This document shows, in pieces, positions 8,390 through 17,305 of a stretch of 64,000 nucleotides of DNA. Made by a program: the position numbers and the translations under genes. The notes below the pieces were generated by a model. That model saw only the letters and a program-made list of their open reading frames with translations, had not been told where the DNA came from and ran no database searches. The stretch is from a virus (Duplodnaviria > Caudoviricetes), in IMG/VR virus record IMGVR_UViG_3300027751_000004, positions 1 to 64,000 of that record; one strand, 5' to 3'. Numbering within the stretch: position 1 is the stretch's first letter; every line of letters begins with the position of its first letter.

Positions 8390-8959
8390 TTATTTGCTTT
8401 TTGTTCGATTCTTGCTTACTTTCTTGGCTTTCTTTTCTAGACGTTTGACAACTTCGTCGCCATCCATCCAAAGGTCTTTATTATCCAGCATAGCTTGGAT
8501 TTCTTTATCGCTCAAGAAGTCGCTATAAATGTCACGGAGTAATTTCTCAGACCAAACACGTTCATGTACAATACTATCATACATCTCACCACCCTTACCG
8601 AACTGACCGCCAGAGTAGTTATGGAACATAAACATAGAGTGAGAACTAATCTCGAATACATCTCCCTGTAGGAATATCATAGTGGCTGCAGACATACAAG
8701 CACCCTCTACTGATACGCAAACAGTCCCTTCACATTCACCTAATACACGCATCATTTGTATTGCTGTGAACAGGTCGCCCCCATAAGAATTGATATGTAT
8801 TTTTACAATATCATTTGGACCACATGAACGGATAATATCAAACCATTCGACATAATCTTCACCCCCACCAATGTGGTCAGTAAGGTAGAAACTATGTAAA
8901 CGACCAATAGGTCTATCAGAGAAGTAATCCTTCCCTTTTGTCGGAGCAAGTGAATCCAT
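8390..8959 (-). CDS. ClpP-like serine protease
   Basis: INSYGGD, CMSAAT catalytic Ser, MFHN His. Confidence 0.8.
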   Translation of the reverse strand: MDSLAPTKGKDYFSDRPIGRLHSFYLTDHIGGGEDYVEWFDIIRSCGPNDIVKIHINSYGGDLFTAIQMMRVLGECEGTVCVSVEGACMSAATMIFLQGDVFEISSHSMFMFHNYSGGQFGKGGEMYDSIVHERVWSEKLLRDIYSDFLSDKEIQAMLDNKDLWMDGDEVVKRLEKKAKKVSKNRTKSK

Positions 8960-9141
8960 TATAAATTTTCCTTGTTTGTTCGATTTCTTAGTATTTTATT
9001 TTGTTCGGTCAAGACGTAGACCTTTTGTTCGAGTTGTTCGATATAGTCTTGAACAACTTGCCTTTCGCATAGAGTTTGACAGCACATATCAAGCTCCATC
9101 TTTGCTCTATCCTGCAAAGAGTTTTCTTCTTCTATACTCAT
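8959..9141 (-). CDS. small coiled-coil hypothetical protein
   Basis: ORF coupled to the ClpP-like gene. Confidence 0.55.
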   Translation of the reverse strand: MSIEEENSLQDRAKMELDMCCQTLCERQVVQDYIEQLEQKVYVLTEQNKILRNRTNKENL

Positions 9142-9805
9142 CAATGGTACTCCATAATTTATCAGTCCAATTGTCACGGTGTTCAATAAACACTTGAGGT
9201 TCTTCATTATCAACAGAGATAATAGTAACCAATTGCGTTATTGGCATACCAGTCCTTTCTTCCCACATAATAGAATATGCAGACTCTTGAATGAAGTAGT
9301 TAGTAATCCATTCTTTCTTCTTAGTTTTAGCAGATGTCTTGAAGTCGATTATAGAAAGTTTACCATCAAACTCAGCAACGCAGTCTACACGACCAGCCAT
9401 CTCGAGGTGGTTAGAGTACAATGCAGCTTCTTGAGCATATACCTTACCAATACGGGAATCAAGGATAGGTTTTACGTCAAGGAATGAACCGATAATAAAC
9501 GGGGTGTATTCCTTTCGGTAGTCTTCCTTGTTGTTTATATAGTCCTCAATAATAGCATGGACTGCAGTTCCTCTGATAGATGCTTTACCAGATATGCGGT
9601 TTGCTTCCTCTTCACCGACTCTTTTTCTCCACTTACGAATAGAATCTTCGGATAGAATAGAGAGTACGTTGGTTACAGAGGGGTAATCTTTTCCTTCTGG
9701 GGTTTTGTAGTGTCGCTTGGTATAGCCTTTAGCGTAATTTAGATCTTCATAGGGGAGAAGTGAATCTAGGTGCTCAAAGGTTCTGCTCTTCTTGATTTGA
9801 CTCAT
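9107..9805 (-). CDS. PD-(D/E)XK exonuclease (Cas4-like superfamily); start uncertain
   Basis: YPSVT, RGTAVH, AGRVDC, IIDFKTS motifs. Confidence 0.85.
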   Translation of the reverse strand: MSQIKKSRTFEHLDSLLPYEDLNYAKGYTKRHYKTPEGKDYPSVTNVLSILSEDSIRKWRKRVGEEEANRISGKASIRGTAVHAIIEDYINNKEDYRKEYTPFIIGSFLDVKPILDSRIGKVYAQEAALYSNHLEMAGRVDCVAEFDGKLSIIDFKTSAKTKKKEWITNYFIQESAYSIMWEERTGMPITQLVTIISVDNEEPQVFIEHRDNWTDKLWSTIDEYRRRKLFAG

Positions 9806-9932
9806 AATAATCCTTTTGATACTTAGGTTTTCTCTTTTTAGAGGATAACCGCTTTCGTTTTTTAGGGAGATCGTCACCCTTATAAGATTTCTTATTATAT
9901 TCGAACTTTCTTAACTTTGACATCTTGTTGCC

Positions 9933-10616
9933 TTACTTTATACCCATCATTTCTTTAGTCATAATGTAATCCCTCACAAAGTCAGATCTTACAATATCTT
10001 CCCAAGAAAACTCGAAGACTTTGAAGTTCTTTAGACGTTCAACAATAGCCATGAACTGAAGGATTCCATTTTTGTCTCTCTCCTTATCGAAGTCGGACTG
10101 GTAGTAGTCTCCACACATAATGAATCGGCAGTTTTGCCCGACTCGAGTTATGACAGAGTCTAATTCGTGAAAATTAAGGTTTTGCATCTCGTCTACGATG
10201 ACGATAGCATTGTTTAGAGTCATGCCTCTTATGAACGAGGTGGACATAAACTCTAGTGTATCAAAGTTAGTCAACTTAACCCAAGAGTCAGAGTCTTGGA
10301 ATATTTCGGTACATATGCTCTTATATGGTCCAGCATATGCATCTTTCTTCTCGGTTTCGTCTCCAGGAAGGAAACCAATGTCCCGAGTTGGTACAATAGA
10401 TCTTACAATTACTACCTTTTCAAACTCAGTAGACTTATCTAGGACTGCTTCGAGAGCAAGATGCATGGCTAGGAACGTCTTACCTGTACCTGCCGAACCA
10501 GACAGCACAAGATTGAATGCGCTGTCCCATGACTCGAATACTTCTTGTTGCTTATCGGTAAGTGACTCGATCTGAGTCATATTTTCTACACGAAGTTTAG
10601 CGATTTTACCAGCCAC
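9933..10616 (-). CDS. phoH: PhoH-family ATPase
   Basis: GSAGTGKT, GFLPG, RGMTL, DEMQN, GDYYQSD. Confidence 0.95.
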   Translation of the reverse strand: MAGKIAKLRVENMTQIESLTDKQQEVFESWDSAFNLVLSGSAGTGKTFLAMHLALEAVLDKSTEFEKVVIVRSIVPTRDIGFLPGDETEKKDAYAGPYKSICTEIFQDSDSWVKLTNFDTLEFMSTSFIRGMTLNNAIVIVDEMQNLNFHELDSVITRVGQNCRFIMCGDYYQSDFDKERDKNGILQFMAIVERLKNFKVFEFSWEDIVRSDFVRDYIMTKEMMGIK

Positions 10617-10617
10617 A

Positions 10618-10872
10618 TTAATCCCTTATATTGTTGATTGTACAGCCTTCCTTGACTTTAGAAAGAACTTCTTTCCACCCATCGCCAGCTTTCCTTAAAG
10701 AGCCACCAGTCTCATTATAATTAAATGAAGGTGCGCTAATAGACTGACTTACTTTATCCTCTGCGCCACATTCTGGGCAGGGGTTTTTGGTTGGTTCGTC
10801 ACGCTCTGATATTTTACAGAACTTAGTAAACACATGCTCACATGCCTTACACTGGTAATCATAAGTTGGCAT
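10618..10872 (-). CDS. FmdB-family zinc-ribbon protein
   Basis: MPTYDYQCKAC...CPECG. Confidence 0.85.
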   Translation of the reverse strand: MPTYDYQCKACEHVFTKFCKISERDEPTKNPCPECGAEDKVSQSISAPSFNYNETGGSLRKAGDGWKEVLSKVKEGCTINNIRD

Positions 10873-11309
10873 TAAACCACACCCTCTTTGATTAAACGCT
10901 CACGGTTGGCAAGGTGTTGTGCTTCAACCTCATCTTTAGAACCGCCAAAGTATGGAACAGCATGACCTTCTTCAACTAGGATCTGAGTTACTGGTCTCCA
11001 AGCATCAACATTAGAATCATAGACTGTAAAGTCTCCAAGGATACGACCAAACTTACCTTTCATATCCTCACCCTTTTTACTTACTTGTGTTTTAAGTACA
11101 GGGTCTTTTCCGAGAAGCGACTTCAATCTAGCTTTAGATGCTAGACCAAACTTCTTCTCTACTTTATCACGAGTTCTCGACTCAGGAGTATCAATACCCA
11201 TGATACGAACTCGCTCTTTCTTTAACCAAACGCCAAACCCTAGATCAATATCAACATCTACAGTATCACCGTCAATCACTCTAACTACTTTAGTTTTATA
11301 TTCATACAT
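10872..11309 (-). CDS. thermonuclease (SNase-like)
   Basis: RVIDGDT, RIMGIDTPE, GKFGRIL. Confidence 0.9.
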   Translation of the reverse strand: MYEYKTKVVRVIDGDTVDVDIDLGFGVWLKKERVRIMGIDTPESRTRDKVEKKFGLASKARLKSLLGKDPVLKTQVSKKGEDMKGKFGRILGDFTVYDSNVDAWRPVTQILVEEGHAVPYFGGSKDEVEAQHLANRERLIKEGVV

Positions 11310-11313
11310 TGTA

Positions 11314-11544
11314 TTATTTTCCTTCTATCCAACATTTGGCTTGTATATCTGCCCATGACATTGTCTTTTCGGGATAAAACTCATCCCTTGTAAATACTCC
11401 ATCCTCAAAGAACCTACATCCATAATACTCTTCACCAGTTGCTGATTCTTTAGTGAAAACCGAGACACATCGAGGTGTCTCATGCTCAGAGTGGTAGGTC
11501 TTAACTACCCGAGAGATAGGCATTTTGGCGTTTGATTTGATCAT
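11314..11544 (-). CDS. hypothetical protein
   Basis: Coupled ORF. Confidence 0.55.
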   Translation of the reverse strand: MIKSNAKMPISRVVKTYHSEHETPRCVSVFTKESATGEEYYGCRFFEDGVFTRDEFYPEKTMSWADIQAKCWIEGK

Positions 11545-11975
11545 TCTTCTACTAATTCTAAACCAGTTCTAGTCGGTAGCCACACCGATTTCCTCGAGGT
11601 TTCGTAGAAACCATTTGACGTGACCCAATCAGTGTCGATTACATCTGGTTTCTCTTCATCTGAGCGCCAGTCTTTTATAGAGAACACATTTATGCGAATC
11701 ATGCCTGCAGGTAAATCGAATGTATGTTTCTTAAAGGAACTAATGATAAGAGGTTCTTGAGTTTTCAATCTATTAACCTCAGCTTCGTTCTGCGGAGTTA
11801 CTGTACAATTACACATAACAATAGGCATTATAGTTGCAGCTCTTTGAGTTACCGTAGAACTATCCGACGGTTTAACAAAGTAAATATCTGTTACTGGGGA
11901 AATGCTACTCCTCACCTTATATGTTTTACCGACTTCGATTTCCATCGTATTCCTCGTTATGGGGTTTATATCCAT
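11541..11975 (-). CDS. hypothetical protein, paralog of 5575..6000
   Basis: IEVGKTYKV and VTPQNEAEV match FEIGKRYAV and ITPQNQDEV. Confidence 0.6.
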   Translation of the reverse strand: MDINPITRNTMEIEVGKTYKVRSSISPVTDIYFVKPSDSSTVTQRAATIMPIVMCNCTVTPQNEAEVNRLKTQEPLIISSFKKHTFDLPAGMIRINVFSIKDWRSDEEKPDVIDTDWVTSNGFYETSRKSVWLPTRTGLELVEE

Positions 11976-11984
11976 TATTTAGCT

Positions 11985-12194
11985 TTATTTCCAAGTAGAT
12001 TTTTCTTCTACGGCAAATTGACAACCATGGATAAAATCTCTATCTTCTTCCGAGAGAACAGACCAGTAGAAGCTAAGGTTATCTATCAACTCAGTTACTA
12101 CTTCAGGGTCGGAAAGATGCTGGTTAGTATTCATCAGTTCTTCGAGCATATCCATCTTGCGATCGATCTTTTTTCTTAAAGGATAATCAGACAT
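11985..12194 (-). CDS. hypothetical protein
   Basis: MSDYPLRKK start overlaps the end of the preceding gene. Confidence 0.6.
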   Translation of the reverse strand: MSDYPLRKKIDRKMDMLEELMNTNQHLSDPEVVTELIDNLSFYWSVLSEEDRDFIHGCQFAVEEKSTWK

Positions 12195-12738
12195 ATTGAA
12201 ACCATTTTGGCGTTGATCTTTTAGTCCAAGACATCTTGAACCTTTCTTGTTTAGTATGGTAGAAGGCACGGTATGACTTAACAGCATCTTCGAACATACA
12301 CTCAGGGTTAGCACCCATAGCAAGTTTGAATGGGGTTTGTTTCACGGCAGGGATATTGTTGGGGACTGCCTTGAGTGCATCACGGAGTTTTGTATCGGTA
12401 GAGTGGACTTTACTATAGCGATAACGGTACTCGTCGCACAAAGCAACAAAGTGTTTGTAATGCCAGTCATAGTTTTCGGCAGACTCCATAGTCCAGACAG
12501 TACAGGGGTGATGCATATGAACCGCCTTGTACAAACTGTTTTCTCTAGAGTCGGGCAACTCCCAGTACCTGCTCATGGTCTTGCCTGATTTAGAGGGTCG
12601 TCTAGACTCTGCCCCATCTAGCATTCGATGAGCTGTTGAAAGCATTTGCGCTGACTCAAGAATCATCTTAACAACATGTTTGTCGCATTGCTCTTGAGCA
12701 GCAATAATTGGATCATTATTAAGTACAAATATATTCAC
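12187..12738 (-). CDS. pyrimidine-dimer DNA glycosylase/DenV-like protein
   Basis: (GTG)NIFVL...CDKHVVKMILESAQML...HPCTVW...EYRYRY. Confidence 0.7.
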   Translation of the reverse strand: MNIFVLNNDPIIAAQEQCDKHVVKMILESAQMLSTAHRMLDGAESRRPSKSGKTMSRYWELPDSRENSLYKAVHMHHPCTVWTMESAENYDWHYKHFVALCDEYRYRYSKVHSTDTKLRDALKAVPNNIPAVKQTPFKLAMGANPECMFEDAVKSYRAFYHTKQERFKMSWTKRSTPKWFQYV

Positions 12739-12761
12739 AGTAATATTCCATAATAAAAAGT

Positions 12762-12800
12762 AGATGGGGCTATTATACCCCATCTTGAATCAAAAGTAAA
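12762..12800 (-). promoter_or_regulatory. early promoter whose -10 is the loop of a terminator-like hairpin
   Basis: TTTACT-17bp-TATAAT; AGATGGGG-TATAATAG-CCCCATCT followed by ACTTTTT. Confidence 0.7.
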
Positions 12801-12807
12801 GCCTTTT

Positions 12808-12969
12808 CTAAGCAGCTTCCAAGTCAGTAATATAGGTAGAGATGTACTCATATTTCTCTTTAATCTTGTGGGCTAAATGCTTCTTGCCCTGTTTTTCTAA
12901 CTTCCACATATAATGCTTCAGTTCTTTTGAGTCTTTTTTCAAGCGTTCTATCTGACTGGGGTTTATCAT
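12808..12969 (-). CDS. 53-aa helical protein (not in ORF track)
   Basis: MINPSQIERLKKDSKEL...LEAA, strong GAGGAG RBS. Confidence 0.7.
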   Translation of the reverse strand: MINPSQIERLKKDSKELKHYMWKLEKQGKKHLAHKIKEKYEYISTYITDLEAA

Positions 12970-13074
12970 AGGTGTCTCCTCTCAGGTTAAAAGAAACATA
13001 ATGAAGAAAAGAACAAATACTCCTATGGTTGAGCGGGGAAGCCAATCTTCCCCACGATTGACTTTAATATGAGA

Positions 13075-13497
13075 TTACTTCTTAATTAACCCATCCCATA
13101 CACTAGAACACAGTTGTTTAGTAATCCCTTTATATTTCTGCGCCAGTTTCTTGTCTTTCATCCAGACAATCAGTTGCGCATCTTTTTCGTGAATGGATTC
13201 TAACAACTCGATAAACATCGACTCTCGCTTTACCGTATTAAGTTTCTCTCCTGGTCCACCAGTTACAAAATATCTCAAGGTCTTTGACTTTTCTATCAAA
13301 GACGCTTTTGGCTCTGGGTTGGGGGTGTATGGAGGTTGACCTTTAGGTAAAAGAGTGAATTTGATACTATCGTCATATGAACCTTTGACGATATCTCTAA
13401 GTGCTAGGCAGGAATTGTCTAGCAAAACTTTCTTTTTCTCTTCACGGTTTTTAGCTTCGGCAGCTAACTCGAATATTTCATATAAATGTTTTGACAT
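13075..13497 (-). CDS. conserved hypothetical protein following RNase H
   Basis: LPKGQPPY...KRESMFIELLESIH. Confidence 0.7.
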   Translation of the reverse strand: MSKHLYEIFELAAEAKNREEKKKVLLDNSCLALRDIVKGSYDDSIKFTLLPKGQPPYTPNPEPKASLIEKSKTLRYFVTGGPGEKLNTVKRESMFIELLESIHEKDAQLIVWMKDKKLAQKYKGITKQLCSSVWDGLIKK

Positions 13498-13499
13498 TA

Positions 13500-14348
13500 T
13501 TAGTGGAACTCCTCTACACACTCGATTAGCATATTACAACGATTCTTAATAAGATAATTCAATACTTTCATCTTGGGTGCAGGCTTTGATTCGTTATAGT
13601 TATTTATAATATTTTGTTTTAGCACTTCAGGCATTTCAGATAAATCAATCATTTGTCGGTTACGGCAGAAGTTACGGTATGTCTCTGAATCCATAATCTG
13701 CTCAAGGTCATCAGTATTATGTAGCCATGCTTCTAACTTCTTTTTCGTAATCGGAGATTGACGTAGACCATCAACCAAAGCATTATCAGGGGATAATACA
13801 TTAGGAACACCATCGCTAGAATCGCCACGCATGATATGCTCAAGCAAATATGAACGTGGGTTATTCTCTTTGATTAATGCTTTCTTGTATGGAGAATACT
13901 GAGCCACGTTATCAAACTTGTGTAGCTGTATAAAGTCTTTATCCGCAGATACAATCATAACTGGCTCGTGCTGACCAAACTCCTGAGAGTTGTAAGACAA
14001 AGCACCAATGATATCATCAGCTTCAGCACCTCTAACCTTTAGCACTTTATAAGGGAAGTTATTAGTCAAGTCTTCCGATAGTTGATTGATAGTACCAAAG
14101 ATTAGATCCCAGTTGCGGTCATCTTTATCACGGGACTTCTTACGGTTTGCCTTATACTCAGGGAAAACGTCTTTACGCCAAGAACCACCCTCACAAGCGA
14201 TAACCATTTGACCATATTCCTTACGGAACTTTTTGTTATACATACGGATGGTATTCAAAATAGTATGGCGTATCAGACTCTCGTCTTCGTCTGCTTTATA
14301 GGCGAATATAGAATTTACTGCTACACCATTATAATCTAGAATAATCAT
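13500..14348 (-). CDS. rnh: T4-type RNase H / 5'-3' exonuclease
   Basis: YKANRK, EADDII, SADKDFIQL, GDSSDGVPN. Confidence 0.95.
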   Translation of the reverse strand: MIILDYNGVAVNSIFAYKADEDESLIRHTILNTIRMYNKKFRKEYGQMVIACEGGSWRKDVFPEYKANRKKSRDKDDRNWDLIFGTINQLSEDLTNNFPYKVLKVRGAEADDIIGALSYNSQEFGQHEPVMIVSADKDFIQLHKFDNVAQYSPYKKALIKENNPRSYLLEHIMRGDSSDGVPNVLSPDNALVDGLRQSPITKKKLEAWLHNTDDLEQIMDSETYRNFCRNRQMIDLSEMPEVLKQNIINNYNESKPAPKMKVLNYLIKNRCNMLIECVEEFH

Positions 14349-14557
14349 TACTCAGCCTCGACAAGTTGACCATAACTAATAGTGAAGAAAGGAAGAAGGA
14401 TAACTGTACCCTCAAACTGCATTGGGGTATGTGTTTCGGTATTCAGGTTATATGTCCAAACCAACTTACTATCTACAAATTCAATATCTAAACCTAGACC
14501 GTTACGCAGTTCGAAACTGAATATCCGACCAAATATTATTTTATTAATCATGACCAA
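14348..14557 (-). CDS. hypothetical protein
   Basis: Coupled ORF. Confidence 0.55.
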   Translation of the reverse strand: MVMINKIIFGRIFSFELRNGLGLDIEFVDSKLVWTYNLNTETHTPMQFEGTVILLPFFTISYGQLVEAE

Positions 14558-15081
14558 TCTACCTCACCATGTTCATCACATTCATTAATTGAAAGGGCAC
14601 AGTGGATCTGTTGATGACAGCCTTTGTGATCCCATCCATCGCTTTCTATACCACAATCGAACTCTTCTGCGTATAGGGTTTCAATCTCTTCTAGAAGTTT
14701 TTCCTTTTCTTCTTCGGTCATATCCCCACGCACAACCTGTAGATTCCAATCAGTAGAGCAACCATCCCACATTTCAAGCATATCTGCGTGATAGTCATCC
14801 ATCTCAAACCATTCTTCTTCGGGGTCTGGCAACCAAAGTTCTTCTAACTTGGCATCTTCACCATAGAACTCGTAGAAGTCTTCAAGAGAATCTATATCTC
14901 TATCCTGTAACTCTTCTAAGATTTCGTCATCGGTTTCGGGGTAACGAACTACAAACGATCCGCTACGATACAACTCTTCCTTTGTTAACCAGCAAACAGT
15001 GCCGTCTTCGAACTCTTTCTTCCAAGTAGACAAGTCGGTCACACACTTCTTAAATTGGGGTTCAATCAAATAATATTTCAT
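14548..15081 (-). CDS. highly acidic early protein
   Basis: Behind an early promoter; RSGS motif shared with 5575..6000. Confidence 0.7.
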   Translation of the reverse strand: MKYYLIEPQFKKCVTDLSTWKKEFEDGTVCWLTKEELYRSGSFVVRYPETDDEILEELQDRDIDSLEDFYEFYGEDAKLEELWLPDPEEEWFEMDDYHADMLEMWDGCSTDWNLQVVRGDMTEEEKEKLLEEIETLYAEEFDCGIESDGWDHKGCHQQIHCALSINECDEHGEVDWS

Positions 15082-15113
15082 TACAAACAGTCTCCACGTG
15101 TTTAATAGTACCT

Positions 15114-15142
15114 ATTATACTACACTTTATTATAAAAGTAAA
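15114..15142 (-). promoter_or_regulatory. early sigma70-type promoter
   Basis: TTTACT-17bp-TATAAT. Confidence 0.8.
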
Positions 15143-15281
15143 GGGTTATTTTGAAAAATATTTCTCTAGATATTCAAGGTGATCCCGAAGACTTAACTTC
15201 TCTTTCTTGGCTTGGGATACTATTTGGTCAGAAGCACGATCGGCTTCTAATTGTTCCACTATTGACTTTTGATCTTCATAC

Positions 15282-15740
15282 TTATTCTTTACGTATTTCA
15301 GATAGCTGTTGCTTGGTGCTTTCATATTGTAGTCCTCTTAAATGTGCTCTGCGCACTTTAGCGGATATCCAGTCATTATAATAATCGTCTCTGAGTAAGA
15401 CATCACGCTCGAATTGATACTTCGCTTCGTAGTAAGTGCATTCGGCTTTGGTTTTACATAATACTAGTATGGTTCTTTCGAATCTATCAGTACCACGAGT
15501 AGATACTTGTTCCTTCAATACCTCGCTAGAACCATAATAGGTTTTCCAATCTGATTCAACTTTTAATCGCTTTTTCCTCTTACGAGTCTTAGTAATAGGG
15601 AGAGTTTTTGCTCTCCAGAAGAACTTCTTACCAATATACTTCTTACCGTTATCAAGATCTAATATCTCGTAGACAAACCCATATATTACTTTAGGGTCGA
15701 GTTCTTCTGGCTCGTAAGGTTTACCATCATATAACCACAT
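15282..15740 (-). CDS. GIY-YIG endonuclease
   Basis: YGFVYEI...KYIGKK, YYGSS, YYN. Confidence 0.85.
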   Translation of the reverse strand: MWLYDGKPYEPEELDPKVIYGFVYEILDLDNGKKYIGKKFFWRAKTLPITKTRKRKKRLKVESDWKTYYGSSEVLKEQVSTRGTDRFERTILVLCKTKAECTYYEAKYQFERDVLLRDDYYNDWISAKVRRAHLRGLQYESTKQQLSEIRKE

Positions 15741-15777
15741 AACAATACTCTAATTAGTTTCTTTAGAGTATTTATTC

Positions 15778-15939
15778 CTACCAAGAATCGTCATATTCTG
15801 GAGTGTCAAAGTCTAACTCGGCAAACCTCTTATGATCCGTACCGCAGAAAGGGCAATATCTTGGCTCTAGTTCGGATCCGTCAAATAACACATTATGCTC
15901 TACCTCATACTCAGCATCACAGCAGGCACAAGTGATCAT
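15778..15939 (-). CDS. 53-aa zinc-ribbon protein (not in ORF track)
   Basis: MITCACC...YCPFCG; overlaps the glutaredoxin stop. Confidence 0.7.
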   Translation of the reverse strand: MITCACCDAEYEVEHNVLFDGSELEPRYCPFCGTDHKRFAELDFDTPEYDDSW

Positions 15940-16172
15940 AAGGTCATTCCCTTCATTGTTACATGTTGGTTTAACTGCTCTAATCCACCAACAACTTCTT
16001 TATCTTCTAATATGAATGGCATAGATCTAACGTCAGGATACTTACCCCTAAAATCTTCAAGAGAAATATCTCGGTTCAGTTTTACCTCTTCAAATGCAAG
16101 GTTCTTTGTTTGTAAAAGGTTTTTAGCACTGACGCAGTTTCCGCAGTTATCTTTTGAATATATCGTAAACAT
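15936..16172 (-). CDS. nrdC: glutaredoxin
   Basis: CGNC active site, RSMPFI, VGG. Confidence 0.9.
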   Translation of the reverse strand: MFTIYSKDNCGNCVSAKNLLQTKNLAFEEVKLNRDISLEDFRGKYPDVRSMPFILEDKEVVGGLEQLNQHVTMKGMTL

Positions 16173-17293
16173 TATAGGGATAATCCTTGTAGTGTGTCGT
16201 TAGATAGGTCTTGCTTAATACCCCCAACAACATATGAGCTGATTTCAGTTTCTTGCGGGGCAACTTGTACGTTACCACCCCCAATCCATTTTTCTGTCCA
16301 TGGAAGTGGGTTTGCTTGAGGAACGTGATAGTTTGAGTGAATGCCAAGAGACTTCATTCTCTTTGCCGCAATCCATTCAACATAATCATTTAACAGGTTA
16401 GAGTTTAATCCTATCATAGAACCATCTTTGAATAGGTATTCTGCCCATTGCTTTTCTTGATTCACTGCTTCTTCAAACATAGCAACTACGTCTTCTTCGC
16501 ATTCTTTTTTAATCTTAACAAAGTCTGCGTCGTCTTTAGGTAGTAGCCTGAGTAGCGATTGAGATGCAGCAAGGTGCGTATTCTCATCACGTGCAATAAA
16601 CTTAATAATCTTTGCATTGCCTTCCATCTTCTTTAATTCGGCAAATGCCCATGAACAAGCAAAAGAAACGTAGAAGCGAACACCCTCAAGTACATTAATC
16701 GAGTTTAGTACCATCCATAGTTTCTTCTTGAGGTCGTACATATTGATGTTGACTTTCTTACGATTGACTGTGTGTTTCCCTTCTCCTAGTAATTGATACC
16801 ATCGAGAATACTCAATAAAGTCGTCATAGTATTTGGAGATTCCTTCGGCACAATCAGCAATCTCATTAATATCTAGCATCTCGTCAAATACCTTAGAAGG
16901 ATCTGAATAGATGTTACGAATGATATGAGTATAAGATCGTGAATGGATAGTTTCCATAAACGTCCAAGTCATTACTAGCGGTTCAATCTCAGGGATAGAA
17001 GCAACAGGCATTAACGTCTCTGCTGGACCTCGACCCTGTACAGAATCTAGTAAGATTTGTCTTTTAAGGTTAGAAGTAAAGATATGCTTTTCGTGGTCGG
17101 TTAGTTTTGAAAAGTCTATCTTGTCTTTTGATACGTCCACTTCTTCTGGTCGCCAGAAAAACCCTAGCATCTTATCTGTGAGTTTATCTAGTTGCGCATA
17201 CTTCAATGTGTCATAACGAGCAATATCTACGCTCTCGTCAAAGAACATCTTGCTCTCTATATGCGATTTTGTTTTCTTTTGAAACACGCTCAT
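16172..17293 (-). CDS. nrdB: class Ia ribonucleotide reductase beta subunit
   Basis: FFWRPEE, ETIHSRSY, EGVRFYVSF, RDENTH, VAPQE. Confidence 0.97.
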   Translation of the reverse strand: MSVFQKKTKSHIESKMFFDESVDIARYDTLKYAQLDKLTDKMLGFFWRPEEVDVSKDKIDFSKLTDHEKHIFTSNLKRQILLDSVQGRGPAETLMPVASIPEIEPLVMTWTFMETIHSRSYTHIIRNIYSDPSKVFDEMLDINEIADCAEGISKYYDDFIEYSRWYQLLGEGKHTVNRKKVNINMYDLKKKLWMVLNSINVLEGVRFYVSFACSWAFAELKKMEGNAKIIKFIARDENTHLAASQSLLRLLPKDDADFVKIKKECEEDVVAMFEEAVNQEKQWAEYLFKDGSMIGLNSNLLNDYVEWIAAKRMKSLGIHSNYHVPQANPLPWTEKWIGGGNVQVAPQETEISSYVVGGIKQDLSNDTLQGLSL

Positions 17294-17305
17294 TAATCTT
17301 TCCCT

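Noticed and set aside
9107-9805. Cas4-like nuclease as evidence of CRISPR-Cas
   Set aside because: Stand-alone exonuclease common in T4-like phages; no other cas genes or array.
12860-13045. Track ORF of 61 aa
   Set aside because: A different frame (12808..12969) has the strong RBS and fits the gene spacing.
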